A DNA stretch of 64,000 nucleotides from assembly GCA_025352125.1 (NCBI GenBank), contig JANXTZ010000041.1, forward strand, positions 7,756-71,755. Reading direction: 5' to 3'. Shown piece after piece: positions 9,215 through 18,918 of the stretch. Position 1 is the stretch's first letter. The number at the start of each line of letters is the position of its first letter. A program made the position numbers and the translations under genes. Origin of the DNA: Deinococcales bacterium. Its GTDB lineage: Bacteria > Deinococcota > Deinococci > Deinococcales > JAAFIG01. Under the pieces are notes generated by a model, which was not told the origin of the DNA, ran no database searches, and was given only the letters and a program-made list of their open reading frames with translations.

Positions 9215-9766
9215 GTCTGTTGGCGTGTTGGCATTCAAAAAGAGATTGGAATTGAAATGCGGCTCGAGTTCAGACCATTTCACCACCCGAACATTGAGGT
9301 TTGAAAACCAATCCGTCATTTTTAAGTTTCTGGCTTTGAGGGCGGCATTGACATGCTCAAGACAATTTTTGCTGTAAATCGCCGCCAAAGGCTCGAGAAA
9401 ACCGTCTGCATTTTCTGCAATCAGAATGTCAAACCCTAAAAAGTTCGCCATAAATTCCCAATAATTTCTGGTTAAATTCGGCGTGTCGCAAGCGCTAATG
9501 GCAACTCGAGGGTATTTTGAAAGTTCGAGCGCTCGAGCCAAAGCGTACAAACTGCCCTGATGCAACTCGAGGTCAGAATGCACGGGCAAATTTAGAAAAC
9601 CGTAACGCTCGAGGTTGCCGCCAACGACAAACAGTTCCTGACAGCCCTCGAGCGCCGCCGCGACATGCTCGAGCAGCGTTTTTTGCTGCCAAACTTCCAG
9701 GGCTTTGTCTCGCCCAAATCGGCTCGAGCGTCCACCTGCCAGGATTGCGCCCGAAAGCTGATTCAT
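9203..9766 (-). CDS. mobA: Molybdenum cofactor guanylyltransferase
   Basis: LSGAILAGGRSSRFGRDKAL motif. I place the start at the internal Met (MNQLSG...) because that ATG forms an ATGA overlap with the stop of the upstream DUF1304 gene. The track ORF extends to 9874. Confidence 0.8.
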   Translation of the reverse strand: MNQLSGAILAGGRSSRFGRDKALEVWQQKTLLEHVAAALEGCQELFVVGGNLERYGFLNLPVHSDLELHQGSLYALARALELSKYPRVAISACDTPNLTRNYWEFMANFLGFDILIAENADGFLEPLAAIYSKNCLEHVNAALKARNLKMTDWFSNLNVRVVKWSELEPHFNSNLFLNANTPTDLLD

Positions 9767-10131
9767 ATTGACAAAAACACGAACAACATGGCAAACGCCC
9801 CAGGAATGGCTTGAACAAATAAAATTCGTGGACTGACTGTCAACGCACCAAAGATTCCGGCGACGATCACGCACGCCAAAAAGAAGATTTTCACGTCAAA
9901 ACCGGCAGCACCGAGCGTCAATCCCCAGATCAGTCCAGCCGCCAAAAAGCCGTTGTACAAACCCTGGTTGGCTGCCATGGCTTTGGTCGCCGTGGCAAAA
10001 TCGGCGTTCAAGTTGAACGCCCTCGCCGCCATCGGAGATTGCCACAAAAACATCTCGAGAATCAAAAAGAAACCATGCTCGAGTGCGACGACACCAATCA
10101 AAATGTTTGCGATGACTCCCATGATTTGCAC
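9763..10131 (-). CDS. DUF1304-like small membrane protein
   Basis: 122 aa with 4 TM helices and ...ANQGLYNGFLAAGLIWGL..., as I recall for DUF1304. Confidence 0.7.
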   Translation of the reverse strand: MQIMGVIANILIGVVALEHGFFLILEMFLWQSPMAARAFNLNADFATATKAMAANQGLYNGFLAAGLIWGLTLGAAGFDVKIFFLACVIVAGIFGALTVSPRILFVQAIPGAFAMLFVFLSI

Positions 10132-10188
10132 CTCTGGCTACAGTTTATACCCAGGGCTACTCTCATGGTTTTGCAGTCTAATACGGGC

Positions 10189-10992
10189 ATGAAATCAAGC
10201 TCGAGCAACTGGATGTTGAGTCTTGTCATCGCTGCCAGTCTCAGCGCCTTCACTGGCTTAAACATGCCCTTGGCGTTGGCGGCACAAAAATCCAATCTGA
10301 ATTTGCAAGTGACCGACCCGATCATTCGTGAACAAAATGGTTTTACCGTGGTGGCAAAAATGCGGGTTGAGGGCGAAAAAGTCAGCCTCGAAATGCGGGT
10401 CTTGCGTGACTCACGACCTTATGCCGGAATTGTTCACACGTATTTTGTTTCTAAAGATTTCAAGAATTTGTATTTTCAGTATCCCCAAACCGTTCAGCGC
10501 GGCAGTTACGAACTCGAGTTGCCAGCCATGAACGCTGGAACCTACGATTTGATTCTCGAGATTACGGGCGGCGGCGGTCACGAGCACAACAATCCTGCCT
10601 TTGTGCAGGTTTTTCCGATAGGACTGGAATTGAGCGCGGATTTTGGTGATACGGCGTGGCTCAAACGCCTCAGCCTCAAACCTGGGACGCTCGAGATTCA
10701 GGCGGCAGGCAAACCCTCAAAATTTGAATGGAACACGTTGCTCGATGCTCAACCTGTCGCTTGGGGCGATTATTACGTGCATCAGTTCGTTTTGGCAACC
10801 GATTGGTCGTACTTCAAGCACAATCATCCAAACAACACCAGCAAACTTGGTTTGGGTTCGGTCAGCTCGAGTTTTGCATTTCCCAAAGCGGGTCAGTACG
10901 CCATTTTCGTGTTTCTCGAGTCTGGAATAAGCGTGGATAAAACAGTTCGTTTCCCGACCTTGACCTATCCAGCTTTGCTCAACATTCCTTAA
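10189..10992 (+). CDS. Secreted hypothetical protein
   Basis: The internal Met at 10189 gives a signal peptide, MKSSSSNWMLSLVIAASLSAFTGLNMPLALAAQ. The upstream part of the track ORF (from 10039) overlaps the divergent gene. I recognise no family. Confidence 0.6.
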   Translation: MKSSSSNWMLSLVIAASLSAFTGLNMPLALAAQKSNLNLQVTDPIIREQNGFTVVAKMRVEGEKVSLEMRVLRDSRPYAGIVHTYFVSKDFKNLYFQYPQTVQRGSYELELPAMNAGTYDLILEITGGGGHEHNNPAFVQVFPIGLELSADFGDTAWLKRLSLKPGTLEIQAAGKPSKFEWNTLLDAQPVAWGDYYVHQFVLATDWSYFKHNHPNNTSKLGLGSVSSSFAFPKAGQYAIFVFLESGISVDKTVRFPTLTYPALLNIP

Positions 10993-11021
10993 GGTTACGC
11001 GACGGGTTAGACTTTCTGGCT

Positions 11022-11831
11022 ATGGAAACCATTTTGTTTGTTCGCGGCAACGGTTCGCTCGAGAACGCGATGTTGCTCATCACCAATCTCGGCTCTGAAA
11101 ATGCGTATATTGTCGTGTTGGCGCTGTATTCGTGGTTGGTTTCGCCCAAAATAGGTCGGCAGTTGGGAATCTGGTTTGGCATCAATGTGGCGCTCAATAC
11201 GGGGTTAAAACTGCTTTTTCACACCCAACGTCCGTATGAAATTGCGCCAGGGCTGGCAAGCCTCAAGGCGATTGCGACGGCGGGCAGTGGCGGAATGCCC
11301 AGCGGTCACGCCCAAAACTCGGCGTTCGTGTGGGGCTTTTTGGCGGACAAGCACCCCAAAACTTGGTTCGTTGTCATCTGCTTTTTGATTGCCGCTTTGA
11401 TCGGTTTCTCGAGAATTTACCTGGCGGTGCATTTCGCCCAGGATGTTTTGATTGGGCTTGGCATTGGTTTGTTGATCAGCCTGGTCGCCTCTAGATTCGA
11501 GATTCCTGTCTTGAAATTGAGGGCAAAAGGGATTGCCGTGGTCGTGGGTTTGGCAGTGTCAATTTTTGCCGGTCTGGACTTTGCACGTTCAATGGGTGTT
11601 GCCATCGCCTTCCTGATCTCGAGCGGTGATTTTGACGTGCCCAAAACTTGGCTGGCTCGGGTTTTGGTGGCACTGATCGGTTTGGCACTGGTGTTTGGCG
11701 TGTATTTTGCTTCGGGTTTGATTCCTGAAAGTGTACGCCATTTGGCATGGGTTTCGTATTTGCGCTATTTGCTGCTGGGATTGTTTGCCGTCGAGGGTTT
11801 CCCGCGTCTGATCTCTCGGTTTGTGCTTTAA
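11022..11831 (+). CDS. PAP2-family phosphatase (membrane)
   Basis: 269 aa with PAP2 motifs KLLFHTQRP, PSGHAQ and SRIYLAVHFAQDVLIG. Confidence 0.8.
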   Translation: METILFVRGNGSLENAMLLITNLGSENAYIVVLALYSWLVSPKIGRQLGIWFGINVALNTGLKLLFHTQRPYEIAPGLASLKAIATAGSGGMPSGHAQNSAFVWGFLADKHPKTWFVVICFLIAALIGFSRIYLAVHFAQDVLIGLGIGLLISLVASRFEIPVLKLRAKGIAVVVGLAVSIFAGLDFARSMGVAIAFLISSGDFDVPKTWLARVLVALIGLALVFGVYFASGLIPESVRHLAWVSYLRYLLLGLFAVEGFPRLISRFVL

Positions 11832-11871
11832 AACGTTCTGAAGCAGTACAAGCGTGTTCGCTGTATCTCGC

Positions 11872-11900
11872 TTGACGAAATCCGAGTGAATCAGTAGGAT
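11872..11900 (+). promoter_or_regulatory. Candidate sigma-70-type promoter of the iron SBP gene, with an overlapping imperfect palindrome
   Basis: TTGACG (11872-11877), 17-nt spacer, TAGGAT (11895-11900). GTGAATC-agtag-GATTAC overlaps the -10 region. Confidence 0.3.
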
Positions 11901-11946
11901 TACTCAAGTTTCTCGAGTTCGCTCGAGCATCAACCCTGGAGGAATC

Positions 11947-13014
11947 ATGCACAAAACCATTATTGTTGCGCTCAGCTCGAGCCTACTCGCCATTTGCGCA
12001 CTCGTCGCCACCTCAAGCCAAGCCGCCACCCAAAGCCTGACCGTCTACTCGGGGCGGTCATCGGGACTGGTTGACCCCATCGTGCAACAGTTCAAGAAAG
12101 ACACTGGCATCGATATCAAAATCCGTTACGCCACCGATGCCGCGCTGTTCGCCACGCTCGAGGAGGAGGGCGCACGCAGTCCCGCCGACGTGTACTGGGT
12201 GAATACGGCGGGAACGCTGGTCAACGCCGCCAAAAAAGGTTTGTTCGCCAAACTGCCAGCCAGCATTCTCAAACGCCCCGCCGAGTTTGTGCCCAAAAGT
12301 GGACTCTGGACGCCGCTCTCGGCACGTTTTCGCGTGGTCGCCTTCAACCCAAAGACCGTCAAGGACACTGAACTTCCCCAAACCGCACTCGAGATGCCCA
12401 AGCTGACCAAATTCAAGGGACGCATCGGTTGGACTCCCGTTTACTCGAGCTTCCAAGATTTTATCACCGCCATGCGCAGCGTCTACGGAGAGACAAAAGC
12501 CAAAACCTGGCTTCTCGAGATGAAAAAACTCGAACCCAAAGCCTATCCAAACAACACCGCCATGCTCGAGGCGATGCAGGCGGGCGAAATTGACGTGGCA
12601 CTGACCAACCATTATTACATTCAAAAAATCATCGCTGGCGTGCGCGAGGGCGAATTTGAGGGCACAGCCGAGGAGAAAGAAAAAACAACCGCGCCAAAAC
12701 CAGACATTATCGGCACGCATTATTTCAAGGCGGGTGATGTCGGCAACTTAGAGCTTGTGACTGGCGCAGGCATCCTCAAAACCAGCAAGAACGGCGCGGT
12801 CGCCACCAAATTCCTCGAGTATCTACTGAGCACCAAAACCCAGCAACTCACGACCAAAACGATTCTCGAGTACCCGGTGGTGAATGGTTTTGCGCTGCCT
12901 AAAACGTTGCTGCCCCTGTCTGAGGCAATCAAACGCAGTCCCAAAATTGATTTTGAAAAACTGGTGGACATTGACAACACCCTAAAATTGTTGCGGGACG
13001 TGGGCTTGCTGTAA
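11947..13014 (+). CDS. Fe(3+) ABC transporter substrate-binding protein (FbpA/AfuA-like)
   Basis: 355 aa with a signal peptide. LTVYSGRSSGLVDPIVQQFKKDTGIDIKIRY and ...DVALTNHYY... are typical of ferric-binding proteins. Confidence 0.85.
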   Translation: MHKTIIVALSSSLLAICALVATSSQAATQSLTVYSGRSSGLVDPIVQQFKKDTGIDIKIRYATDAALFATLEEEGARSPADVYWVNTAGTLVNAAKKGLFAKLPASILKRPAEFVPKSGLWTPLSARFRVVAFNPKTVKDTELPQTALEMPKLTKFKGRIGWTPVYSSFQDFITAMRSVYGETKAKTWLLEMKKLEPKAYPNNTAMLEAMQAGEIDVALTNHYYIQKIIAGVREGEFEGTAEEKEKTTAPKPDIIGTHYFKAGDVGNLELVTGAGILKTSKNGAVATKFLEYLLSTKTQQLTTKTILEYPVVNGFALPKTLLPLSEAIKRSPKIDFEKLVDIDNTLKLLRDVGLL

Positions 13015-13037
13015 ACCTCGAGCACCCGGTTCAATTT

Positions 13038-13065
13038 ATCCCCCATTTAATTTGGGGGATTTTTC
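13038..13065 (+). terminator. Rho-independent terminator
   Basis: ATCCCCC-atttaattt-GGGGGAT followed by TTTTT. Confidence 0.7.
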
Positions 13066-13118
13066 TGATTGTGGCGCGAGAGGGAACGTTTCTGCCGTTT
13101 CTCTCGTAGAATAAGCAT

Positions 13119-14429
13119 ATGAAACTCAAACCGATCTTTCTGCTGATCTTGACCGTGCTGGGTCTGTTCGGTTTTGCCCGAGGCGCGACCAGCACCATTC
13201 CTGGGGTCATCATCAAAATCGAGGGCGAAATTGACCCGAACCTGGCAGGCTTTTTGGAGCGTCAACTCGAGGAAGCCGCCAAACAAAACCGTCCGCTCGT
13301 GGTGCTCGACATTGACACGCCAGGAGGTCGGGTGGACAGCGCCATCAAAATGTCGGACGACATCATCAACTCGAGCGTTCCAACGATTGCGGTCGTGACC
13401 AACGCCTTCAGCGCTGGCGCGTTGATTGCCATGAGCGCCGAACAGGTCGTGATGCTGCCAGGTTCAGAGATTGGTGCGGCGCTGCCGATCTCGAGCGATG
13501 GCACGGCGATTCCTGGGCAGGTCGGCGAAAAAATCAACAGCGCCTTTCGCACCAAGTTTCGCAGCGTCGCCACCACCCGTGGACGCAACCCAGACGCCGC
13601 CGAGGGCATGGTCAACCCCAACAAGGTGATTCCTGGTTTAAAAGAAAAAGGCGAGATTTTAACGCTCACCTCGAGCGACGCAGTGAAGAACAAGATTGCC
13701 AATTTTGAAGCCAGAAATATTCAAGAGGCGGTGCAGGTCGCGGGTTTCTCGAACATCAAACTCGAGACGGTGCTGCTCTCTCCCGCCGAACAGGTCGGGG
13801 CGTTCTTGTCGCAACCCATCGTGGCGGGCATTCTGCTGGCAATCGGTGTGATTGGTATTTTGATCGAACTCTTGCACCCTGGCGTGGCACTGCCGGGCAT
13901 TGTCGGCGGAATCAGCCTGCTGGCGTACTTTGCGGGATCGTGGCTCTCAGGCAACGGTTCGAGCGTGGCGTTGCTGCTGTTGCTGGCAGGTCTGGGTTTG
14001 ATTGTCGCCGAAATTCTGTTTGTGCCTGGCTCAACCATCGTCGGGTTGCTCGGCGTTGTCAGCATTTTGGCAAGCGTTTACCTGCAATACGGCGACAAAT
14101 TCTGGCAAGTCGCCAGCGTCGGTTCAATCATTGGTGGTCTGGGATTGGCATTGATCATTTGGTTTTTGCCAACATCTTCGTTCGCCAGGCGTTTGTCCTT
14201 GCAAACCACCCTGACCGAAGGCAGCGCCAACTGGAATGCCAACGAAGCCCCAAAACTCGAGGGACGGTTTGGGGTTGCACTCTCCGACTTGCGCCCGAGC
14301 GGCATGGCAGACATTGAGGGCGAACGGGTTGACGTGGTCTCGAGCGGCGAATTTATCACGCTCGGCACGAAGCTCGAGGTGGTCAAGGTTGAAGGTCGGC
14401 GCGTGCTGGTCAAAGCCTTGAAGACTTAA
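13119..14429 (+). CDS. nfeD: NfeD-family membrane-bound ClpP-class serine protease
   Basis: 436 aa with a signal peptide, ClpP-like region (VVLDIDTPGGRVDSAIKMSDDI, FSAGALIAMSAEQVVMLPGSEIGAA), TM block and C-terminal OB-fold-like NfeD domain. Confidence 0.85.
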   Translation: MKLKPIFLLILTVLGLFGFARGATSTIPGVIIKIEGEIDPNLAGFLERQLEEAAKQNRPLVVLDIDTPGGRVDSAIKMSDDIINSSVPTIAVVTNAFSAGALIAMSAEQVVMLPGSEIGAALPISSDGTAIPGQVGEKINSAFRTKFRSVATTRGRNPDAAEGMVNPNKVIPGLKEKGEILTLTSSDAVKNKIANFEARNIQEAVQVAGFSNIKLETVLLSPAEQVGAFLSQPIVAGILLAIGVIGILIELLHPGVALPGIVGGISLLAYFAGSWLSGNGSSVALLLLLAGLGLIVAEILFVPGSTIVGLLGVVSILASVYLQYGDKFWQVASVGSIIGGLGLALIIWFLPTSSFARRLSLQTTLTEGSANWNANEAPKLEGRFGVALSDLRPSGMADIEGERVDVVSSGEFITLGTKLEVVKVEGRRVLVKALKT

Positions 14430-14485
14430 AGCTCGAGATGCCCAAAGAACGCGTAGACTGAAGTGAAGTTCAAGGAGGCTCTATT

Positions 14486-15460
14486 GTGGAAGCATTAATC
14501 GTACCGGCTGTGATCATCATTGTTTTGTTTATCTTTTTTTTCCAGATTATTCCAACCGGTTTGTGGATTCAAGCGCTGACCTCAGATGTGCCCGTGAACC
14601 CTCTGTCATTGATCGGAATGCGCTTGCGTCGCATCCCACCGAACCGAATTATTCAACCGCTGATCGCAGCTCGCAAAGCAGGTCTGTCTGATCTGACCCA
14701 GAATCAGCTCGAGGCGCACCTGATGGCTCGAGGTGACGTGGACAAGGTTGTGAGTGCCTTGATTGAAGCCAAAAAAGCCAATATTCCACTCAATTTTGAT
14801 CAAGCCAGCGGCATTGACTTGGCTGGTCGTGACGTGCTCGAGGGTGTGCGGGCGTTTGTGAAGCCCAAAGTGATTCAAACGCCAATGGTGCAGGGCGTGG
14901 CGCAGGACGGCATTCAACTTCTGGCAACCGCCAGAATTACGGTGCGCGTCAAGATTGACCGTCTGGTCGGCGGCGCTGGCGAGGAAACCATCATTGCCCG
15001 TGTTGGTGAGGGCATCGTCTCGAGCATCGGTAGCGCGTTGACCCACAACGAGGTGCTCGAGTATCCCGACAAAATCTCCAAGACTGTGCTGGCAAAAGGT
15101 TTGGACGCGGGTACGGCATTCGAGATTCTTTCAATTGATATTTCCGAGGTTGATGTCGGCAAGAACATTGGCGCTCAGTTGCGCACCGACCAAGCCGAAG
15201 CCGACAAGCGCATCGCGCAAGCCAAAGCCGAGGAACGCCGCGCGATGGCGGTGGCGCTCGAGCAAGAAAATGTTGCCAGGGTGCAAGAGATGCGCTCCAA
15301 GGTCGTCGAGGCAGAGGCGCAAGTGCCGCTCGCACTGGCAGAGGCGTTCAAAAATGGCAAGCTTGGCGTGATGGATTACTACAACATGCAGAACCTGCAA
15401 GCCGACACTGGAATGCGCGGCGCGATTTCTGAGAGTGCCAAACGAGACTCGAGCAAGTAA
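14486..15460 (+). CDS. floA: Flotillin-like protein FloA (SPFH domain, UPF0365/YqfA family)
   Basis: 324 aa. The N-terminal TM plus [31 protein letters not shown] is characteristic of YqfA/FloA. It lies directly downstream of nfeD, as in Bacillus yqeZ-yqfA. Confidence 0.85.
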   Translation: MEALIVPAVIIIVLFIFFFQIIPTGLWIQALTSDVPVNPLSLIGMRLRRIPPNRIIQPLIAARKAGLSDLTQNQLEAHLMARGDVDKVVSALIEAKKANIPLNFDQASGIDLAGRDVLEGVRAFVKPKVIQTPMVQGVAQDGIQLLATARITVRVKIDRLVGGAGEETIIARVGEGIVSSIGSALTHNEVLEYPDKISKTVLAKGLDAGTAFEILSIDISEVDVGKNIGAQLRTDQAEADKRIAQAKAEERRAMAVALEQENVARVQEMRSKVVEAEAQVPLALAEAFKNGKLGVMDYYNMQNLQADTGMRGAISESAKRDSSK

Positions 15461-15556
15461 TGCGGCGTGAAGCGAGTGAAATCACTCTTGAAACCCGAGC
15501 GTATCCGCCAGTTTTGGTTCAAGTGAAGTCAACAACACCAATCCGAGGACCCATCC

Positions 15557-16342
15557 ATGACTAACAATGGAATCCTGAGTTTGATTTTGACGTACCTGAT
15601 CTCTCACCCATTGATTTTGATCGCGTTGCTTGGATTTGTTTACAACTTATTGCGTCCAAAACCTGCAAAATCCAATTCGCAACGACCCAACACCGCCTCG
15701 CAAATGCTCGAGCGCAAACGCTTGCTCGAGGAGCAGACACGGCAAAAAGCGGCGCTCGACGATGCCGGAACATTCAGACGAACCGCTCCCAAATCGCTCG
15801 CCATGAACGACGAAGACCTTGACGATGACGGTCTGTTCACGACGGGCAAACCGGTGGTGATGCAATCGCAAACCGCCAGCGCCAATCAAAGTCCGCAAAT
15901 GACGGATTTTCAAGCCGATATTCTGGCGGCACTGGGCATGAAACCCGACCCAAGCAATACCAGCCCTCAAGAATCCTTGCGGCGTCAACTGGCGCAAAAA
16001 ATGGGGCGGTCTGCCAATTCATCACAAACCAGTCAACAACCCATCGTCAAGCAACTGACCGCCCAACAACAGATCATCGCCTCTCGAGAAGCCGAAAATC
16101 CCACTGCACGGGATTCCAGCGGCACGATCACCTCTAGTCTTAAATCTGAAATGACTTCCAACAGCACCAACAACATCGTGGACTCGAACGCAAGCGTCAC
16201 AAACACGAGTATGCAGGTCAACCTCAGCCGCGCACCAATTCCCATCAGGTCAAACTCGAGTTCATTTGGCAGCACAAACGATGTGGTTCGCGGCATGATC
16301 TGGTCTGAAATTCTGGCTAAACCCAAATCAACGCGTCGATGA
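15557..16342 (+). CDS. Membrane-anchored low-complexity (S/T/Q/N-rich) hypothetical protein
   Basis: 261 aa with a GAGGA Shine-Dalgarno 8 nt upstream and one N-terminal TM (ILSLILTYLISHPLILIALLGFVY). The rest is probably disordered. Confidence 0.5.
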   Translation: MTNNGILSLILTYLISHPLILIALLGFVYNLLRPKPAKSNSQRPNTASQMLERKRLLEEQTRQKAALDDAGTFRRTAPKSLAMNDEDLDDDGLFTTGKPVVMQSQTASANQSPQMTDFQADILAALGMKPDPSNTSPQESLRRQLAQKMGRSANSSQTSQQPIVKQLTAQQQIIASREAENPTARDSSGTITSSLKSEMTSNSTNNIVDSNASVTNTSMQVNLSRAPIPIRSNSSSFGSTNDVVRGMIWSEILAKPKSTRR

Positions 16343-16569
16343 AACTGCAACGCACATCAAACTTCAATAGCTCGAGTTGCTTAGACCGATTAAGCTTTAC
16401 ACTGCTTTCGGTTTTGGGCTTCTCGAGTTAATCTTGGTGTACAAAAATCGTTTTTGCATCACGAAAGGATACGACCACGTCAACTGCACCCATCACAGCC
16501 AGCATCCGCATTCGCAGTAGCGAAGAAGCCCTCGAATTATTTGGTGAAAACGACAAGAACCTGAAGCGA

Positions 16570-17430
16570 TTGCGCGAAAAACTGGGCGCTAAAATCATTG
16601 CCCGTGGCGACGCCATCAAACTCGAGGGAACGCCAGAAGACATTCGCGTTGCCGAAAGCCTGATTCGGGATTTGCTGTCCGTGGTGCGTCAGGGCGGCGT
16701 GTTCAGCCTTGACGAAATAGACCGTGGTGCACTGATATCCAGCAATGGCGGCAGCATGTTTGAAGACACGAACTTGGAAAACAAAGACCTAGAATTGCCC
16801 AAGCGCCTTCGTCCAAAAACCAAAGGGCAAAAGGCATACATTGAGGCAATTAACTCTTCAGACATTACCTTTGGAATAGGTCCGGCGGGTACAGGAAAAA
16901 GTTATTTGGCTGTGGCGATGGCGGTGGCGGCATTCAAAGCCAAACGCGTCAAACGAATTATTCTGACCCGTCCCGCCGTCGAGGCAGGAGAACGCCTCGG
17001 GTTCTTGCCAGGGGATTTGCAAGCCAAAATCGACCCGTATCTGCGTCCACTTTATGACGCGCTGTTTGACATGATCGATGCCGAACGCTTTGAGTCTTAC
17101 CTCTCGAGCGGTGCGATTGAGGTCGCGCCACTGGCATTCATGAGAGGAAGAACTCTTAATGATGCTTTCATTATTCTCGATGAGGCACAAAACACCACAC
17201 CAGAACAGATGAAAATGTTTTTAACCCGCATGGGTTTCTCGAGCAAAGTGGTCGTCACGGGCGACATCACGCAGGTTGATTTGCCAAAAAGCGTCACCAG
17301 TGGTCTCGAGCAAGCCAAACGCTACTTGCAGGGCATTGACGGCATCAATTTTGTCTATTTCACCGAGTCTGATGTGGTCCGTCATCCCTTGGTGGGGCGG
17401 ATTATTCACGCTTACGAAGAGCATTCTTAA
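16570..17430 (+). CDS. phoH: PhoH-like ATPase; the true start is probably upstream of the TTG used by the track
   Basis: Walker A GIGPAGTGKSYLAVAMAV and ILDEAQN, VVTGDITQVDLP motifs. The in-frame upstream stretch (16432-16569) encodes IRIRSSEEALELFGENDKNLKRL, which looks like the conserved PhoH N-terminus. Confidence 0.85.
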   Translation: MREKLGAKIIARGDAIKLEGTPEDIRVAESLIRDLLSVVRQGGVFSLDEIDRGALISSNGGSMFEDTNLENKDLELPKRLRPKTKGQKAYIEAINSSDITFGIGPAGTGKSYLAVAMAVAAFKAKRVKRIILTRPAVEAGERLGFLPGDLQAKIDPYLRPLYDALFDMIDAERFESYLSSGAIEVAPLAFMRGRTLNDAFIILDEAQNTTPEQMKMFLTRMGFSSKVVVTGDITQVDLPKSVTSGLEQAKRYLQGIDGINFVYFTESDVVRHPLVGRIIHAYEEHS

Positions 17431-17446
17431 GATTATTTTACTTTTA

Positions 17447-17491
17447 AAACCCGAGGTTTATCGTATTGCACGCGATAAACCTCGGGTTTTG
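17447..17491 (+). terminator. Rho-independent terminator of phoH
   Basis: Perfect 17-bp stem AAACCCGAGGTTTATCG / CGATAAACCTCGGGTTT followed by a T-rich run. Confidence 0.75.
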
Positions 17492-17670
17492 GATTTTCTT
17501 GCGCCAGGCGCGAAACTTTACGCTGCAACGGTGTTTCATCGCGTATAATCCCTTCAGTCGATACGCTATTGATTGCTTCATTTTGCCAGGAATTGCTGTT
17601 CTGGAAACTTTTTGGGTTTACTGGATTCTTGAGAACATCACATCAACAAATTTGAGATTGGGGGCTGTAC

Positions 17671-18849
17671 ATGATGGATACACTTTTAACAGAGGCTGGG
17701 ATTGATTTGAATGACATCGAAAGTCGTCTTGATGGTCAAGGTAAGACTTTGGTCATCACGGCAACGGAATTGATTTACACCGATGAAACTGGTTTGCAAC
17801 GCGCACCGCTACGTCAAGTGACCAAGGTTGCCATTGATAAAACGGGTTCGCTCGGGATTCGCAGCGCCACCAGCGACTTGATTACAGGCAACATTCGCGG
17901 TTTTGACCTGACCAGCCTAAAGTTTTTTCTCGAGGGTGCAAAATCTTCGATTGCCAAAGCCAAAGCACTGGCAAAAGCACCAACCATCGTCGAATCACTG
18001 CCAATAACGTCGCTGCCAGCAACATCTCTGCCAGCGACACCCGCTCCTGTTCCAGAAGTCACACCTCGAGCCGACACCGGCACGCTTGGCGACGACGCCT
18101 GGGGACACGATCCCGCCCACCGACAACCAACTTTTGACACCTGGTCAACTTTGAAGCCAGCCGACATGCAGACCAAAAGCCCGAGCGACATGCACAAATC
18201 CTTCGAGATTGCGCCAGATGACGACCTGCCAGCCAAATCGTCGGATGACAAGTTGGAATGGGTGGAAGATGCCACGACTGCGCCTACCAGCGTCGTTATG
18301 CCGCAACCTGATGCGGCGCCAACCCAAATACCGCTCAGTGCAACCGATGTTCATTCGGAAGTCCACGAGTGGAACGAAACCTTTAAAAGCCAACCAGTCC
18401 CTGAAACGCCGCCCTCCAATGCGGTCAGCGCTTCCGGCGCCGCGGATTGGAGTGGCGATATTCTCGAGGCATCAACATCGTTGCAAACCCCTTTAGACCA
18501 TCAAATGCCGGTCAACCCGAGCACCGCCATCAATGTCAGCAAAGACCCTACCCCGACCATTGACCGTCCCGTGCGGATTGGCAACCAGCCCAACCTTGCA
18601 CCATTTTCAAGATGGTTAAAAGGCTTGGCTCCAGTGGTGGGTTTGCTGGGCGTGGCTTCGGCGGCGTTGCAGTTTCCAACCGATTCAACAAAATGGGGCG
18701 AGAACCTGTTGCAAGTCGTGACCGCCGTCTCGAGCTTGGTGGTCGGTGTGATTCTGGCGCTCCTGGCTTACGGTGTGGCAGAGTTCTTTACCGCTTGGGG
18801 CGCTACGGCTGCCGACGTTCGGTCCATCAAACGCGAACGTTTGGAATAA
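17671..18849 (+). CDS. Hypothetical membrane protein with a P/T/S-rich linker
   Basis: 392 aa with an N-terminal ~100-aa globular part, SLPITSLPATSLPATPAPVP repeats, and two C-terminal TM helices. Confidence 0.55.
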   Translation: MMDTLLTEAGIDLNDIESRLDGQGKTLVITATELIYTDETGLQRAPLRQVTKVAIDKTGSLGIRSATSDLITGNIRGFDLTSLKFFLEGAKSSIAKAKALAKAPTIVESLPITSLPATSLPATPAPVPEVTPRADTGTLGDDAWGHDPAHRQPTFDTWSTLKPADMQTKSPSDMHKSFEIAPDDDLPAKSSDDKLEWVEDATTAPTSVVMPQPDAAPTQIPLSATDVHSEVHEWNETFKSQPVPETPPSNAVSASGAADWSGDILEASTSLQTPLDHQMPVNPSTAINVSKDPTPTIDRPVRIGNQPNLAPFSRWLKGLAPVVGLLGVASAALQFPTDSTKWGENLLQVVTAVSSLVVGVILALLAYGVAEFFTAWGATAADVRSIKRERLE

Positions 18850-18876
18850 AAAGAGCAGTGTTTTCACACTGCTCTT
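18846..18876 (-). terminator. Rho-independent terminator of the Nudix-SDR-folE operon
   Basis: AAGAGCAGTG-(6 nt)-CACTGCTCTT followed by TTTTTATT when read on the minus strand. Confidence 0.65.
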
Positions 18877-18918
18877 CAAAGCTCGAGCTTCGATCACCGG
18901 CGGTTTAACGGGTTTCGA

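Noticed and set aside
11872-11920. A Fur, DtxR or Mur box in front of the ferric-binding protein gene.
   Set aside because: Only a weak GTGAATC-N5-GATTAC dyad is present, with no good match to the Fur (GATAATGATAATCATTATC) or IdeR consensus. I kept it only as a low-confidence promoter note.
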